Source: Squalus acanthias
Taxonomy: Eukaryota
Direction of reading: 5' to 3'
Length of the DNA: 64,000 nt
Assembly (NCBI GenBank): GCA_030390025.1
Contig: CM059432.1
Coordinates: 69,194,001-69,258,000 of the forward strand
Position numbers and translations under genes: made by a program. Shown one piece after another: positions 12,451 to 24,667 of this stretch. Every line of letters begins with the position of its first letter. Position 1 is the stretch's first letter. The notes under the pieces were generated by a model. It made no database searches, had not been told where the DNA came from, and worked only from the letters and a program-made list of their open reading frames with translations.

Positions 12451-13255
12451 AACAAGTCTTACTGATTTTTGCTGAGTCTGACAGTTTTTCATCATCTTAT
12501 TGAAAACAATGAAAATCTTACTTGATTTTTTTTTTTAATCCTGTTTTTGGAAGTACAGTGCAACTCATTGCAGTAGTTAACACCTAATTTTAATGTAAAA
12601 AAAATAATCAAGTTCAATGTTAAAAAATTCATCAAGTTCAGTGGAAAAAGTGCAACCTACAGGTGAACAAACAGCAGTCTGGGCCTCTATTGCTTCTCGT
12701 GCAAAGTGAAAATGAAGCTGAACCACCTCTCAGAGATGCTGTTGCTTACTCTGATACCGGCCCTCACTGGTAGCAGTGTGCTATATTTTCTGACATCATT
12801 ACACCAAAAATCTTGGTGCAGCAGGTGCAGCATAGAGACAGCTTTAGGTTTCTATCTAAAATGAGCTTAAACAGTTTCAAGCCAGTTTCCTGTGGGCGTG
12901 ATCCACGGAATTCAGCAGCAGCTTCCACCAAAATGGAAGCCATAAGGCAGCTGGTATGAGAAATTCACACTGGGAACAATGGCTCTTACACTGGGAGGAG
13001 ATAAGCCTTAGTTTGCACCTGGGGATGCTTGATGATAAGCACAAATGTATATATTATAAAAGCAACTTTATTTGAAACAGCATAACATTAAGAGAAACAA
13101 TTGGTATTCTGATAGATTGTTTATCTCACAGCTTTGGTACAACATTGGTCCAGCACTGTGACATCTGAGCAAATCCCAGCCTCAATCTGCTCCTATCAAT
13201 CACATCTATAGGATCCTAAATCAACAAACATGACCTGTGTCAAGTACATATGTCA

Positions 13256-13360
13256 TGATGCGGAGATGCCGGCGTTGGACTGGGGTGGACAAAAATGAGA
13301 AGTCGCACAACACCAGGTTATAGTCCAACAGATTTATTTAAAATTACAAGCTTTCGGAGC
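13256..13360 (-). mobile_element. Penelope-like element terminal-repeat fragment
   Basis: Shares sequence with both halves of 31207-31321. Its reverse complement reads CTCCGAAAGCTTG...TGTTGGACTATAACCTGGTGTTGTGCG...GTCCACCCCAGTCCAAC. Confidence 0.6.
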
Positions 13361-14152
13361 TGGGCTGGTCAAATAGTTTTACTGGGTTTATGCTTCCAAT
13401 TCTCCCTCTGCTAATAAATACAGCGGAATAAAAACCTTCCTATATTAACCACAGAATGTTATTCCTGTTTAATAGTGTTTAACATTAGTTAGTCACTTGT
13501 GTTGTAAAATCTACACATTTACAAAATGATTTGTTGGGAACCTAATATATTGAGTAAAACCAGGAATAAAGAGAGACCCTAACTGCCTCAAAATCATAGG
13601 ATTGAATCTCCTCACTGGAGATAACAAAGACATTCATTTGTGTATGAAAACAGACTTTTACCTTTGTTTCTTCCTGCAGGCTTCAATCGTTGGGGATGCA
13701 AAGAGTCTCGCATCTCCGCGGCAGAGATGACAGATGGCTATTGCATTCTTCAATGCAACAACCATCTAATTTCTGCTAAAGAAAGAGGTTTGATGAGTCT
13801 TGAATACAAGAACTCATCAAACTACAGAGAATGTCAGTGTTTGACAACTTCACAGAGCTGTCAAACGATGACAATTTATCTGTCAAAAATTTTTGACAGA
13901 TGAAACATCATACGCTGACATTCTTTGTAACCGGCTTCCCCTTAATTGGCCTGCTAAGCCCGCTGGGTGGGTTTAACAAGGTCAATCAAGGGAAAATAGC
14001 ATGGGCTGGCCAGAAGTCGATGGAGGCGGGACTAAAACCCGACAAGTGGGAGTCCCGCCTCCAAAAGCTCCCCATTGGCAAAATCCAGCCCTTTATGTTC
14101 AGAAAGCTCCCAATAACACAAATGTGTCCTGCTTCTACAATGCTTTTGAGTT

Positions 14153-14356
14153 CCTAAGCTCTGGAATTCCATCCCATAATCTCTCTGTCTCTCTACCTCT
14201 CTCTCCTCCTTTAAGATGCTCCTTAAAACCTACCACTTTGATCAAGCTTTTGGTTGCCTGTCATAATATCTCCCTATGCACCTCAGTATCAATGCTCCTG
14301 TGAAGCGCCTTGTGATGTTTAAAAAGCACTATATAAATGCACATTATGGTTGTTGA
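14153..14356 (+). mobile_element. L2 3' fragment
   Basis: CCTAAGCTCTGGAATTCC...CTCCTTAAAACCTAC...CACTATATAAATGC matches the other L2 ends. Confidence 0.7.
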
Positions 14357-14759
14357 GGTTTTTTTTAAGCTTAATTTAATTTTGACATATATTTTCACCA
14401 CTTTCGTGTCATTTAACATATCATACAACGTCACGCCACAACTTGTCACTACACCTGTGAAGTAAGTCACTCAGAAAGTGGCAGAGACAAAATAAAAATA
14501 AAGTTTGAAGCTTAAAAAAATTCAAACTTAAAAGTACTAGAGTACTTGTGAGTTAGGTGGCTCACACACCTTTTCACTTAATTTTAAGAATCCATTACTC
14601 CCTGGTATGTATTCTCTGTCTATAGCCTGAAATTTTGATACAATGTCATTATATTTTGTATTTATCTTTATATCTTAAAAATACAGCAAAATCATTTACT
14701 TGTCTGAGTTATGCTCATCTTCTGGGAGCTGCCAATACGTTTGCTTCATGACAGTTCTT

Positions 14760-16330
14760 CCTGATAATCTGCATTCCAGAGTACTAAACGAGGTAGCCAT
14801 GGAAATAGTGGATGCATTGGTTGTCATCTTCCAAAATTCTATAGATTATGGAACAGTTCCGGCAGATTGGAGGGTGGCAAATGTAACCCCACTATTTAAA
14901 AAAGGAGGGAGAGAGAAAACAGGGAACTACAGACCGGTTAGCCTAACATCAGTAGTAGGGAAAATGCTAGAGTCTATTATAAAGGATGTGATAACAAGAC
15001 ACTTAGAAAATCAACGGGATTAGACAAAGTCAACATGGAGTTATGAAAGGGAAATCGTGTTTGACAAACCTACTGGAGTTTTTTGAGGATGTAACTGGTA
15101 GAATAGATAAGGGAGAACCAGTGGATGTGGTGTATTTGGATTTTCAGAAGGCCTTTGCTAAAGTCCCACATAAGAGGTTAGTGTGCAAAATTAAAGCACA
15201 TGGGATTGGGGGTAATATACTGGAATGGATTGAAAATTAGTTAACAGACAGGAAACAGAGATTAGGAATAAATGGGTCTTTTTCAGGGTGGCAGGTGGTG
15301 ACTAGTGGGGTACCGCAGGGATCAGTGTTTGGGCCCTAGCTATTCACAATATATATCAATGATTTGGATGAGGGAACCAAATGTAATATTTCCAAGTTTG
15401 CTGACGACATGAAACTAGGTGGGATTGTGAGTTGGGAGGAGGATGCAAAGAGGCTTCAAGGAGATTTAGACAAGTTGAGTGAGTGGGCAAATACATGGCA
15501 GATGCAGTATAACGTGGATAAATGTGAAGTTATCCACTTCGGTAGGAAAAACAGAAAGGTAGAGTATTATTTAAATGGTGATAGATTGGGAAATGCTGAT
15601 GTACAAAGGGACCTGGGTGTCCTTGTACACCAGTCACTGAAAGCAAACATGCAGGTGCAGCAAGCAGTTAGGAAGGCAAATGGTATGTTGGCCTTCATTG
15701 CAAGAGGATTTGAGTACAGGAGCAAGGATGTCTTACTACAGTTATACAGGGCCTTGGTGAGGCCACACCTGGAGTACTGTGTGCAGTTTTGGTCTCCTTA
15801 CCTAAGAAAGGATACACTTGCTATAGAGGGAGTGCAGTGAAGGTTCACCAGACTGATTCCTGGGATGGCAGGACTGTCGTATGAGGAGAGATTGGGTCGA
15901 CTAGGCCTGTATTCACTAGAGTTTAGAAGAATGAGAGGGGATCTCATTGAAACATATAAAATTCTGACAGGGCTAGACAGACTGGATGCAGGGAGGATGT
16001 TTCCCCTGGCTGGGGGGGTCTAAAACGAGGGGTCACAGTCTCAGAATACAGGGTAGGACATTTAAGACTGAGATGAGGAGAAATTTCTTCACTCAGAGGG
16101 TGGTGAACCTGTGGAATTCTCTACCACAGAAGACTGTGGAGGCCAAGTCACTGAATATATTTCAGAAGGAGATAGATAGATTTCTAGACACAAAAGACAT
16201 CAAGGGGTATGGGGAGAGAGCGGGAATATGGTATTGAGATAGAGGATCAGCCATGATCATATTGAATGGCGGAGCAGGCTCGAAGGGCCAAATGTCCTAC
16301 TCCTGCTCCTATTTTTCTCTGTTTCTATGA
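14760..16330 (+). mobile_element. 5'-truncated CR1 LINE, RT with several stops
   Basis: WRVANVTPLFKKG, DFQKAF, FADD and EYCVQFWSP; stops at 15021, 15238 and 15838; CR1 3'UTR. Confidence 0.92.
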
Positions 16331-16540
16331 TTCAAAACCTCTTTGCACAATCTTTGCATCTTTGCCATTCAGTTGTTTGGAAAATTGGACTTTGGAGCCA
16401 GTTTTTAGACAATCAAATGACAATCATTTTTATCATTACTAAGGATAGTTGGAGCAAGGATGCAGACGATGGACAGTAGGGAAAAAATGTAGATGAAAAA
16501 ATAAAGAAAAGGCTACAATAGATTCATCATAGTATATCAA

Positions 16541-17008
16541 CAACAAAAACAACTTGTATTTATATAGTGCCTTTAATGTAGTAAAACGTCCCAAGGCGCT
16601 GCACAGGAGTATTATGAGACAAAAAATTTGACACCGAGCCACATAAGGAGATATTAGGGCAGGTGACCAAAAGCTTGGTCGAAGAGGTAGGTTTTAAGGA
16701 GCGTCTTAAAGAAGGAAAGAGAGGTAGCGAGGCAGAGAGGTTTAGGCAGGGAATTCCAGAGCTTAGGGCCTAGGCAACAGAAGGCACGGCCACCAATAGT
16801 TAAATGATTATAATCAGGGATCCTCAAGAGGGCAGAATTAGAGGAGTGCAGATATCTTGGGGGGTTGTGGGGCTGAAGGGAATTACAGAGATAGGGAGGG
16901 GCGAGGCCATGGAGGGATTTTAAAACAAGGATGAGAATTTTGAAATCGAGGCGCTGCTTCACCGGGAGCCAGTGTAGGTCAGCGAGCACAGGGGAGATGG
17001 GCGAATCA
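16541..17008 (-). mobile_element. L2 3' fragment
   Basis: ISPVLADLHWLPVKQRLDFK...GRAFCCLGPKLWNSLP...FKTLLKTYLF, the L2 ORF2 C-terminus. Confidence 0.88.
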
Positions 17009-18535
17009 GGAAAAATTAAATAAGAGAGAACAGGATAGAAGAGAAAATGAAATGGTAAAAAAGAAGACAGATCAAGCATAAGTAAATAATTCATTTTGAT
17101 ACTTGAATTTCAATTTTGTCTGGTTATTTTTGCAGATTAAGGTTGATATTAATGTAATAGAACTTCTGGCTTTTGTGCATCTTTGTTACTTCATTATTAT
17201 TAGTGTTTGTTTCAGCATCACAGTGTGAGTTAAAAAGTTAAATCCAACTGGCTGAGGGAGACAGCTATTGGCCTACACTTACAGTCCTAGAGTTAAACAC
17301 TGATCACAGATTGAAAGAACGTGAGTACACAATTAACAAATCTTTTGTAAGACTTGAAGAATTTTTTTCTTTTACATAATGGGAGTTATGTGGCATGGAC
17401 CCCAATCAATAACAATTAATGTTGTGTTGATTAACCTCTTTATAAAGAGTTGGGTAAATATTTGGCTATGAATGGGTCTGGAGGCTATTAGGATAATTAT
17501 AAACATAGATGATCAAATATATCATGGAACAGAATGTTTCCTGTGTTGCTGAGACCATGGAAATGTCATCTGTGGAATGCAATTGGTCAGCATTGAAAAA
17601 TGGAAGTTGAAACGTTAGATTGATATTCTAGAGAGCTTTTTGCTACCTCAGGATACCTTGGAGAAATTTCAAGAAGTTCTATCTTCCTGGAAGATTTGAC
17701 TATATTTACTTGCCTCAGGATATGAACCAAATTAGAAAAAGCCTGTAAAAGAGCAAGTTGTAAATCTCTGCGGAAGGAATGAGCTTGAAGGACTGGACAG
17801 CCCTTTCTCATTCTTTATTTTCATATGGTCTTATGCATTCTGCACTGCTACTCAAATGTAATGAGAATAAAATTGCAAAAAAGTTTCTCTTCCACTTTCT
17901 TAGTATTTTTCTACAAAAAAAATAAAAGCATGGTGGGTTGAAATTGCACTGTGTGATATGAGTAACAAACTCATTGACACATTGATATGAAATTCTTTTG
18001 GCTGCAATTTTAATCAAGGTGTTAACCCATTTATTTTTAATGGATTACTTACTTTGTGAAAATAAAAAATAGAGGAACTTGATATGGTACATTAACATGC
18101 TTATTACTTATATCACACATTGGGATTTCACTCCATATAATGTGTTTGACAATACTGCCTTCCGACAAACCCATACTATTTTTCCCCAGTTTCTTCCCTT
18201 GCAGGTTCCTGTGAGCCATACAGCTCCTATTACAAGTGCTATTCTGGACACAAAAGCAGTCAATGGTCCAATTTTTCCACTACACTGAGAGAGATGTCTA
18301 TCTTTCATTCGATGTCACCCTGAAGCTGAGATCAGGAATGCATTGGATTGAGATTGAGTGTATGCCCCTTTACTTCATAGCCACATGTACCACAAAATTG
18401 AAAATGATCATTCTCATTTATAATTCACAGCACATATTGGTCAGCTTTGTTATTGCATTCAATTCTATTATTTTTGTTGATTGTTAAATGTACTTTTAGA
18501 CTTTAAATTACAAATTAATTTATTTTAGAGACACA

Positions 18536-18721
18536 GGGATAGATCTTGACTTTGTGCGATAGTGTAAAATGGGTGATAGCGAATCGGCAGCCCGTTTTAC
18601 ACCTCTCCCGATTTTTATTTCTATTGAAGTCAATGAAAATAAAAACTGAAAGAGATGTAAAATGGGCTGCTGACTCACTATCACCCATTTTACACTATCG
18701 CACAAAGTTAAGATCTACCCC
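18536..18721. mobile_element. Palindromic MITE (186 bp) with 3-bp TSD ACA
   Basis: GGGATAGATCTTGACTTTGTGCGATAGTGTAAAATGGG... pairs with ...CCCATTTTACACTATCGCACAAAGTTAAGATCTACCCC along nearly its whole length; ACA at 18533-35 and 18722-24. Confidence 0.85.
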
Positions 18722-18913
18722 ACAATCTCCAAGAAAACTGCTCCTTTTTGCTTTTCTTACTGTAGCAGTTTTCTGTTTTGATCTGCAGGGTGGCCTTAAT
18801 GTTTGAGGAAATTAAATTTCCAAGCTAACCAGTAGTGAGAGTTACACCAATGCACTGGATTGGTATCTTTGCACCCCCTTTGTCTCCACCACCAAAGCAG
18901 CATTATTTGTATA

Positions 18914-19853
18914 CGCTGGAAAAACTCAGCAGGCCAGGCAACATCCGTGGAGAGAGAAACAGAGTTAACGTTTCAGGTCGAAACCCTTCGTCGGAACTGA
19001 GAGAAGAGCAGGAAATTAAACAGATAAAAATGCAAGGGGGAGGCTGGGGGGAGGAATAAAAGAACAAAGGGGGTGGTCTATGGTAAGTAGAGACATTAAG
19101 AGATGCTCAAGGCAAGACGAGATGGTAATGGGACAGGTTAAGAAACAAAAGGTGAGGTGTGAAATGCTGGCAGAATGAGAGACAGCTGCCGTAGGGGGAG
19201 AGAGAGAAAAAAAAGGAAAAAGGCACGGACCAAAAGGGTGGATAAAATGTATATATATGTGGTAGGGGCCGGGGTTATGATCTGAAATTGTTGAACTCGA
19301 TATTGAGTCCAGAAGGCTGTAAAGTGCCTAAACGAAAGATGAGGTGCTGTTCCTCGAGCTTCCGCTGAGCTTCCGTGGAACAATCGTTTAGGCACTTTAC
19401 AGCCTTCCGGACTCAATATCGAGTTCAACAATTTCAGATCATAACCCCGGCCCCTACCACATATATATACATTTTATCCACCCTTTTGGTCCGTGCCTTT
19501 TTCCTTTTTTTCTCTCTCTCTCCCCCTACGGCAGCTGTCTCTCATTCTGCCAGCATTTCACACCTCACCTTTTGTTTCTTAACCTGTTCCATTACCATCT
19601 CGTCTTGCCTTGAGCATCACTTAATGTCTCTACTTACCATAGACCACCCCTTTTGTTCTTTTATTCCTCCCCCCAGCCTCCCCCTTGCATTTTTATCTGT
19701 TTAATTTCCTGCTCTTCTCTCAGTTCCGACGGAGGGTTTCGACCTGAAACGTTAGCTCTGTTTCTCTCTCCACGGATGTTGCCTGGCCTGCTGAGTTTTT
19801 CCAGCGTTTTCTGTTGTTATTTCGGATTTCCAGCATCCGCAGTATTTTGCTAT
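18914..19853. mobile_element. Penelope-like retroelement insertion with inverted duplicated 3' ends
   Basis: Arms 18914-19335 and 19384-19806 are near-identical inverted copies. They encode EAQRKLEEQHLIFRLGTLQPSGLNIEFNNF (GIY-YIG C-terminus typical of PLEs). Perfect 15-bp TSD AGCATTATTTGTATA at 18899-18913 and 19854-19868. Confidence 0.88.
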
Positions 19854-21289
19854 AGCATTATTTGTATATTGCACTGAATACAGTCACTGAGCACACCAAT
19901 TGACTGTCTGCAGAAATGAATATCAACAGTTAAAGGTCTACTGTCTTCATGGGAAAAGGTTTTGCAAACCTTAATTTGTATCAAAATGTGAAACTTGCAC
20001 ACGTGGCTGTTTTGCTTTTTTATACCTATTGAAATGAAAGAAAAGGTTTATCAAACATTATTTTATCATAAGATGACCTTTAAGATGACCATTTTTCTTG
20101 TACCTTAATGCTAGTTACCCCAATTTTAAAAAATCATCCAAGTTGTAGCAGAAAGATCTTCAAGGTGAATACTGTGGAATCTGATGACCAACAAATACAG
20201 ATAATGAGCTAGAAGAAGTCAAATAATTGGATCCAGCACTATTAAAAAATACCTGAAATCAGACTTAGCAATCAATTCCTACAGTGTCTTTCTTTAAGGT
20301 GGCTTTAACTAATTGGTAAGTTAACATAGGATAATATTACAACATGCTTTTATATCATAATATTAAAAGCCTGTGTTATTCCAGCATAGTGTGATAATGG
20401 GACAAAATGGATAAGATCGCATTTTGGTTTGGATCACAATGTCATCTTTTGGTGACAACATGACTTTTGTGGGTGTTCATGGTAATTTGCCATAATAAGT
20501 TTTACAAATTAAATTTTAAACACATCTTATTAATCTATGAATTTTTGGCTGGTATGGTCTATTTTAATACAGTGCATTGAAAAAAATGGAAACTATTTGC
20601 TAAAAACAAACCATCCCATAGAAGTGATAGCTCGCTGTTTGTCTGTGATTGGTCCAGGCTGGTTTGCTACATCTTTGCTTTACCCTTGGACTCAAAAAGG
20701 AAATCATCCTCATTTTGAAGAGGGATGTAACCCAGAAATGATCACTGTCATTTTGTCAGGCTAATATCACACACAATCAACACAATGGTGTTTTGGCAAT
20801 TCTATGCTATTTCTGGAAAGCTAATGATATCTTCAAGACAAGTAGGATGTTAGCACGTGCCCTATTTACAAACATAGTTAGAAAGCTTTACCAATGATTT
20901 TCCAGTGATAACAATTTCCTATTAAAATGGAATAGTTACAAGTATATTTAATTCTACAATACAAAAGACCACATGTTTAAATAAGTATTAATGTCAATGT
21001 CAACCAGTAGAATTATTTATCCAAATAAGTGCACACATTGTATGTACCTTCTACTGCTGGTGCCAGAACTCCCTATAAAACATGGAAAAATCTAAATAAA
21101 TCTCCTTTTCATTGTATAAATATAGTGGTGCAGCATGTTGGGTGTAGTGGAATGTATGTTTGAACCTCCACGCTACTGAGTTTCCAATCTCAGCCATGGT
21201 GATTTCTGGAAGTGCCACAAAGGGTCCAGCTGCCTATTCATGGGTGGATGTGAGCGAAACTTGAAAGAGTTGTCTCCATGACTTCTGTT

Positions 21290-21716
21290 AGGTAAGGGTA
21301 TCAAGGGATATGGCACTAAGGCAGCTAAATGGAGTTGGAGTACAGATCAGCCATGATCTAATTGAGTGGCAGAACAGGCTTAAGAGGCTGAATGGCCAAC
21401 TTCTGTTCCTATGTCGGAAAAACTATTTCCACTGGTCGATGAATCAGTAACTAGAGGACAGAAATTTATGATCACCAAAAGAACAAAGGGAGAGGTTAGA
21501 TTTTTTTTTAAGTGGAGGGTTGTTAGGATATTGAATGCCCTACCAGAGACAGTGATTGAAGCAAAATCCATAATAGCTTTTAAAAGAGATGATAAATATT
21601 GCAAAAAGAAAAATTCAAAAAGCGTGCGAAAGGGGCAGGAAAATGGGAACAGATAGGATCTTTCAGAGTGCATGCACAGGCTAGATGGGCCAAAATGGCC
21701 TCCTTCTACACTCTAT
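21290..21716 (+). mobile_element. Two adjacent old CR1 3' fragments
   Basis: 21290-21413 resembles the CR1 3'UTR (GATCAGCCATGATC...GAATGGCC); 21415-21716 encodes LFPLVDESVTRG...RVVRILNALP. Confidence 0.7.
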
Positions 21717-23056
21717 GTTTGAATCCCTCCAATCAGGTTTCCGCCTCGCCACAATACCAAAACGGTTCTCAACAAAGTCACAAATCACATCCTTTGTGAC
21801 TGTGACAAAGGTAAACTATCCCTCCTCATCCTTCTCGACTTGTCTGCAGCCTTTGACACGGTTGACCACTCCATCCTCCTCCAACGCCTCTCCACCGTCA
21901 TCCAGCTGGGTGGGACTGCACTCGCCTGGTTCCATTCTTATCTATTTAATCGTAGCCAGAGAATCAGCTGCAATGGCTTCTCTTCACGCTCCCGCATCAT
22001 TACTTCTGGTGTCCCCCAAGGATCGATCCTTAGCCCATTATTTCTCATCTACATGTTGTCCCTTCGCGACATCATCCGTGAGTTTCCACATGTACACTGA
22101 CGACACCCAGCTCTACTTCTACCACACTTTTCTCGACCTCTCCACGGTATCTAAATTGTCAGACTGCTTGTCTGACATCCAGTACTGGATGAGCAGAAAT
22201 TTTCTCCAATTAAATATTGGGAAGACCGAAGCCATTGTTTTCGGTCCCTGCCACAAACTCCATTCCCTAGCCATTGACTCCATACCTCTCCCTAACACCT
22301 GTCTAAGGCTGACCCACACTGTTCGCAACCTTGGTGTCATATTTGACCCTGAAATTAGCTTCCAACCACATATCCACGGCATAACTAAGACCGCCTATTT
22401 CCACCTCCGTAACATTGCCGTCTCCACCCCCTGCCTCAGCTCATCTGCTGCTAAAACCCTCATCCATGTCTTTGTTACCTCTAGACTTGACTATTCCTGC
22501 ACACTCCTGGCTGGCTTCCCACGTTCTATCCTATGTAAACTGAGGTCATCCAAGGCTCGGCTGCCCGTGTCCTAACTCGCAGCAAGTCCTGTTCACCCAT
22601 CACCCCTGTGCTCGCTGACCTACATTGGCTCCCGGTTGAGCAATGCCTCGATTTCAAAATTTTCATCCTTGTTTTCAAAACCCTCCATGGCCTCGCCCCT
22701 CCCTCTCTCTGTAATCTCCTCAGTGCCCACAACCACCCCCCCCACCCCCCGAGATATCTGCGCTCCTCTAGTTCTGCCCTCTTGAGCATCCCGGATTATA
22801 ATCACTCAACCATTGGTGGCCGTGCTTTCTGTTGCCTAGGCCCTAAGCTCTGGTATCCCTCCATAAACCTCTCTACCTCTCTTTCCTCCTTTAAGACGCT
22901 CCTTAAAACCTACCTCATTGACCAAGCAGTTGGTCATCTGCCCTAATTTCTCCTTTTGTGGCTCGGTGTCAAATATTTGTCTTATAATACTCCTGTGAAG
23001 CGCCTTGGGATGTTTTACTACGTTAAAGGCGCTATATAAATACAAGTTGTTATTGT
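21716..23056 (+). mobile_element. L2 LINE, 5'-truncated, frameshifted RT
   Basis: LSAAFDTVDH, GVPQGSIL, YTDDTQLY, NFLQLNIGKTE and LHWLPV; tail GGCGCTATATAAATACAAGTTG. Confidence 0.92.
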
Positions 23057-23919
23057 AGTAAAATTCTATTATTCTATGATTCTGTGGAAGTGCCCAGTGG
23101 TACCTTGGACCTCATGGGCATTTTTTAAACATATCCGTAATCATTAAAATGTTTAAACAATGCAGAGGCTGCTGCTTATATTGTGTCAATATTTAAAATT
23201 CAATTGCTCAGGGAGAAACTCTGGGAGCTTTTTTCTGGGCCGCAGAATTGAACCCTAAACTCTCAGCCCAGTAGCTGCAATCTTAGGTGCATTCACACAA
23301 CATCCTTAGTTCAGAGTTAAGCAGTTCCCGCTTTGCTACAAGGCTAAAAATGATGCATAAACATGGTTGATGTTGGATCCAATCAATCTGCAGACCCAAA
23401 AGTTAAACCTAATGGTTTAAGATAAGAGCTGTAGGTCTACGGCCACTGTGTAAACACTGACTTCAGCAGTTCAGGTCCCAAAGGGCAAAGTTAAGCGGGG
23501 CTATGGAGGACAAATATCAGATCATATCATAAAATTAAAAATATTTTAATGCCACCAAAATTGATTAAACAGTTTTGTTTGCATGCATCATGATGTCACC
23601 ATGCAAAAAAAATCCAACAAAATCAGAATGGAGTTTAGAAATGCCAGTATTAGTCAGCCCTCTGAACCCAAAGCAAACTCAAGAGAACTTCACTCCGAGT
23701 TCATTTGCTGGCAGGTGAATGTGTTGTAATTGTACCCATAAATGTAGCATAAGATAATGTCAACTAGATAACTTGAAATACATATGAACAGATGTTGATA
23801 GTTTTCATTGTTGTACTCACAGAACTAAAACAAATACTCTCTAACCTCGTGATCTGGGATCCTAACAGGTAGATTCAAAAACAAGACCTCTGATATATCA
23901 CAATCCATGTTTGTAGAGC

Positions 23920-24667
23920 GGTAAGTAGTGGAGTGTCATCGAACTGGACTAGCAAACCAGAGGTTGTAAATTCAAATCCCACCATACTAAGTTGTGAAAT
24001 TAGCAAATTGTGGGCTAGCACCAGGCAAAAGAAAATGACCATGAAAGCTACTGAATTGTTGTAGAAACCCAACTGGTTCACTAATTTCTTTTGGGAGAAG
24101 AAAGTCTGTGATCCCTATTTGGTCTGGCCTAAGGTGTCAGCCTTGGTTCAGTGGTAGCATCTTGCCTTCTAAATCAGAGGGTTGTGGGTTCAAGTCCCAC
24201 CCCAGAAACTGCACTGCCAGAGGTGCCGTCTTTCAGATAAGACATTAAACCGAGGCCCTGTCTGCCATCTCAAGTGGACGTAAAAGATCCCATGACACTA
24301 TTCAAAGAAGAAGAAGAGAGCTCTCCCAGCGTCCTGGCCAATATTTATCCCGCAATCAACATCACTAAAACAGATTATCTGGTCATTATCTCATTGCTGT
24401 TTATGGGACCTTGCTGTGCATAAATTGGCTTTGTGTTTTCTACATTACAACCGTGACTACATTTCAAAAGTTCTTCATTTGTAGTAAAGCGCTTTGGGAT
24501 GTCCTGATGAAAGGCGTTATATAAATCCAAGATCTTTCTTTACATATCTGGAGTGGCCTGGCAAGCCATTCAAGAAGATGTCCAGCACCTTCTCGGCATT
24601 AATAGGAATGGACAATAAATGCAGCCTTGCTAGGGTTGCCCACACCCCCAGAACAAATAAAAAAAGA
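23920..24667 (+). mobile_element. tRNA-derived SINE sharing its head and tail with the LINE at 37058-41825, interrupted by another SINE
   Basis: Head ...ACTGGACTAG...CCAGAGG...TTCAAATCCCACCAT and body AACCCAACTGGTTCACTAAT...GGTCTGGCCTA match the reverse complement of 41510-41825. Tail TTCAAGAAG...CACCTTCTC...CAATAAATGC...CCCACA matches the reverse complement of 37070-37160. Confidence 0.7.
24133..24541 (+). mobile_element. Deu-domain SINE (SacSINE1/AmnSINE1-like) with tRNA-like head and L2-type tail
   Basis: GGTTCAAGTCCC B box; core GAGGTGCCGTCTTTC...TAAACCGAGGCCC...GGACGTAAAAGATCCCA...CCTGGCCAATATTTATCCC recognised from memory as the Deu domain; tail AAAGGCGTTATATAAAT. Confidence 0.75.

Noticed and set aside
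13920..14092. Harbinger-type single terminus (AAAATCCAGCCC)
   Set aside because: No matching other end found; too little to annotate.
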